Of a DNA stretch of 1,366 nucleotides, positions 1-1,366 are shown piece by piece. Origin of the DNA: Naegleria gruberi (taxonomy: Eukaryota); NCBI GenBank assembly GCA_000004985.1, contig GG739439.1; one strand, given 5' to 3'. Made by a program: the position numbers and the translations under genes. Position 1 is the stretch's first letter. Each line of letters starts with the position of its first letter. The notes below the pieces were generated by a model. That model was not told the DNA's origin and searched no databases. It worked only from the letters and a program-made list of their open reading frames with translations.

Positions 1-280
1 TCGGATTGACTATAAACTCGAGGGGCCCAGGAACTAGCAATATTTTATTTTCCCCGAAATTCGCAAGTAAATTTTTCTAAAATTTTCGATCGAAGGTTTT
101 GCACTAATATTATTTATTTACAATAAACTGGATTAAGAGAATCCTCTGAATCGCAAGTCGGGGTTTTTTGAGGAGCTAAAATTCAAGAAATAATTAAATA
201 CGAAATTGTTTGTATGACATTACAATATCATTGTGTCATTTAAATTATTTTTTTCCTTCATTTTTACTCCCCGATTAAAC

Positions 281-547
281 TTTAGGTGCTCAAACAATAG
301 ATAATTATTTTTTTATATTGTTATATAATAGGGTTAGATGCTAAGTCAATAACTCTTTTTTGTTTTTTAGGGTAATTTTTTTTTAGATCGTCAAACAATA
401 GATAATTATTTTTTTTTATTAGCGCGGGGTAGGGTTAGATGCTAAGTCAATAATTATTTTATATTTTTTTTTCGGGGTGATTTTTTAGGTGCTCAAACAA
501 TAGATAATTATTTTTTTATATTGTTATATAATAGGGTTAGATGCTAA
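281..547. repeat. Tandem repeat array, unit ~101-102 bp, ~2.6 copies. Unit starts are at 284, 385 and 487, each beginning 'ag[ga]t[cg][gt]tcaaacaatagataattattttttt'. Positions 281-344 and 484-547 are identical, a 64-bp perfect match at offset 203. The middle unit (385-486) is diverged, roughly 75-80% identity.
   Basis: Direct reading. 'tttaggtgctcaaacaatagataattatttttttatattgttatataatagggttagatgctaa' occurs at both 281-344 and 484-547. The middle copy shares 'tcaaacaatagataattattttttt' and 'agggttagatgctaagtcaataa' but replaces 'atattgttatataat' with 'ttattagcgcggggt'. The unit tails are similar ('ttttttagggtaattttttttttag' vs 'ttttttttcggggtgattttttag'). Confidence 0.85.
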
Positions 548-801
548 ACCGAACCGATTCTCCAGATGTCCGATTTTTATGCTTTCAAAAGTTACTCGCA
601 TGGAAGTAGGTATCTGCGGTACATTATAAATATCTGTTTGATGTAAAATATTGGACCGAAACAAAAAACGGCAGCTACTTTCCACAGGCCATTTTGGAGG
701 GTCTCCCAGGGCCCTACGTGGGGGGGTCCTCGATATGACCATAGACCTCCCCTACAGCATAGGTTTTTTGGGCCTGTTTCCAAAAAAATGACCGAACCGA
801 T
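548..801. repeat. 11-bp direct repeats 'accgaaccgat' at 548-558 and 791-801 delimit a ~243-bp block (548-790) that contains the GC-rich island.
   Basis: Exact 11-mer match read directly. The first copy begins at the exact base where the third tandem-repeat unit stops matching, after 547. The second copy continues as 'ccgaccc', giving a 'ccga' triplet pattern. Confidence 0.6.
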
Positions 802-810
802 CCGACCCTA
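640..810. other. GC-rich island (~54% GC over 661-780, against ~30% for the window overall), non-coding, of unknown identity. It may be a fragment of an interspersed element or a structured RNA.
   Basis: GC counted by hand per 10-mer over 661-780 (65/120). It contains a G7 run at 720-726, a 'gggccc' palindrome at 709-714, and imperfectly complementary 'ggagggtc' (696-703) and 'gacctcc' (745-751). No convincing ORF is present. The two ORFs on the track overlap each other in different frames. Confidence 0.5.
699..726 (+). other. Putative G-quadruplex-forming motif, GGG-N7-GGG-N8-GGG-N1-GGG ('gggtctcccagggccctacgtggggggg').
   Basis: G-tracts at 699-701, 709-711, 720-722 and 724-726. Loop lengths of 7, 8 and 1 fit relaxed G4 rules. 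The motif is unique within the window. Confidence 0.35.
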
Positions 811-825
811 CTACACCAATACAGC

Positions 826-836
826 TATATATATAT
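826..836. repeat. (TA)n dinucleotide microsatellite, ~5.5 units
   Basis: 'tatatatatat' read directly at 826-836. Confidence 0.8.
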
Positions 837-968
837 GACAGTATTTATATGTTATACAAATCCGGTTTCAAAAATTCTGCTAGTAGAGTTTGAAAATTCA
901 CTTTTTTGGATTATCGAATAAACCTTATTACACTATGGATTAGTCTATACATACATATTAAGTTATTT

Positions 969-987
969 CACTAGTGCGCTTAGTGCG
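969..987. repeat. 8-bp palindrome 'cactagtg' (969-976) followed by a 9-bp tandem duplication 'tagtgcgc t / tagtgcga'. 'tagtgcg' sits at 972-978 and 981-987.
   Basis: Direct reading. The second 'tagtgcg' unit runs straight into the left 12-bp inverted-repeat arm. Confidence 0.6.
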
Positions 988-1320
988 ACAAAAGTGATTT
1001 GTTGTTAGCGCGGAATTTTAATGCAATATAACAGTTAATATATATACATATTGTAATAAATATAGTATGATATCATACCATATAGCCCGTAAATTTCATA
1101 AGTTGCGTTTCCCATCAATCACAATTAAACTGTGTTAAATTGAATATCAGTTCCTTCTAATTCGCAAAGATTGAAAAATTGAATTTTTGTTTTTATTTCA
1201 AATCTGGAAATATATACATATTATACTAATATATAGACCATTGATCAATATTAATAAAATTATTATCTAATTAACGCAAAGTAAAAAATCAAATCGAAAT
1301 TTTTTTTTTCACTTTTGTCG
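986..1320. repeat. Perfect 12-bp inverted-repeat pair, 'cgacaaaagtga' (986-997) and 'tcacttttgtcg' (1309-1320), enclosing 335 bp of AT-rich sequence. This is MITE-like geometry, but no clear target-site duplication is seen.
   Basis: The reverse complement of 1309-1320 equals 986-997 exactly. The flanking bases (g985/t1321 and t998/t1308) do not extend the match. Confidence 0.45.
1065..1078. repeat. Perfect 14-bp palindrome 'gtatgatatcatac', with 'tatag' on both sides at 1061-1065 and 1082-1086.
   Basis: Reverse complement of 1065-1078 is identical to the sequence itself. It contains a central 'gatatc'. Confidence 0.75.
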
Positions 1321-1366
1321 TCTTTCGCGCAAAACAAGGGTAACTTAAAGTCACGAGGGGGGGTGT

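Noticed and set aside
208-240. Apparent inverted symmetry in 'ttgtatgacattacaatatcattgtgtcatt'
   Set aside because: Only 5-bp arms pair ('tgaca' with 'tgtca'). It is not a convincing hairpin or binding site.
320-332. TATA-like strings ('tatataata' at 323-331 and 526-534, 'tataaa' at 11-16 and 626-631) as promoters
   Set aside because: In ~70% AT DNA such strings occur constantly. The copies at 323 and 526 are simply part of the tandem repeat unit. No downstream transcript or ORF supports a promoter call.
281-547. Possibility that the tandem repeats form a CRISPR array
   Set aside because: The units are ~101 bp and directly abut each other with no unique spacers. They are AT-rich with long T-runs and are not of the length or type of CRISPR direct repeats (roughly 24-50 bp with little homopolymer content). 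No cas-like coding sequence is anywhere nearby.
524-783. Two minus-strand ORFs, 524-742 (72 aa) and 592-783 (63 aa)
   Set aside because: They overlap each other in different frames and lie wholly within the only ~54% GC patch, where stop codons are rare by composition. The 72-aa translation runs into the tandem-repeat and 'accgaaccgat' region and resembles no protein family I recognise. Neither has a convincing start context. I treat them as chance ORFs. A BLASTP or HHpred hit would overturn this.
640-810. tRNA, snRNA, 5S or 7SL gene in the GC island
   Set aside because: Read on both strands, I could not find tRNA A or B boxes (TRGCNNAGTGG, GGTTCGANTCC). I also could not recognise a U1, U2, U4, U5, U6, 5S or 7SL consensus. 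An unrecognised structured RNA remains possible, which is why this is listed as a finding and not as a feature.
1136-1185. 'aaattgaat' 9-mer at 1138-1146 and 1176-1184, and 'attgaaaaattgaattttt' local repetition
   Set aside because: These are pure A/T words in an AT-rich region. Repeats of this length are expected by chance, and nothing extends them.
1300-1309. T10 run as a Pol III or intrinsic terminator
   Set aside because: There is no upstream stem-loop or recognisable RNA gene. Poly-T runs are ubiquitous in this window (248-254, 308-314, 376-384, 409-417, 464-472).

Overview
This 1366-bp window looks like AT-rich, repeat-dense, non-coding eukaryotic DNA, and I see no novel protein-coding or prokaryotic system in it. 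The base composition is roughly 30% GC by eye. Poly-T runs of 7-10 bases are frequent, and there is a short (TA)n microsatellite. The six-frame track contains only two ORFs longer than 60 codons. They overlap each other in different frames on the minus strand and sit inside the single GC-rich patch. I therefore call no CDS, rRNA, tRNA or CRISPR array. The supportable content is (i) a ~101-102-bp tandem repeat of 2.6 copies at 281-547, better described as a 203-bp higher-order repeat whose two outer units are identical for 64 bp while the middle unit carries a GC-rich substitution. (ii) A ~54% GC island at about 640-810 lies in a ~243-bp block delimited by 11-bp direct repeats, with a G4-type G-tract motif inside it, directly abutting the truncated third repeat unit. 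(iii) A perfect 12-bp inverted-repeat pair lies 335 bp apart at 986-997 and 1309-1320, with MITE-like geometry. (iv) Short motifs, including a 'ttcgcaa(a)g' motif and an 'aaaNtc(a)cgagggg' motif, recur near the two ends of the window. This hints that the window roughly spans one unit of a larger repeat or element. All interpretations are sequence-only and unverified. The decisive next step is a similarity search against repeat libraries and the source genome.
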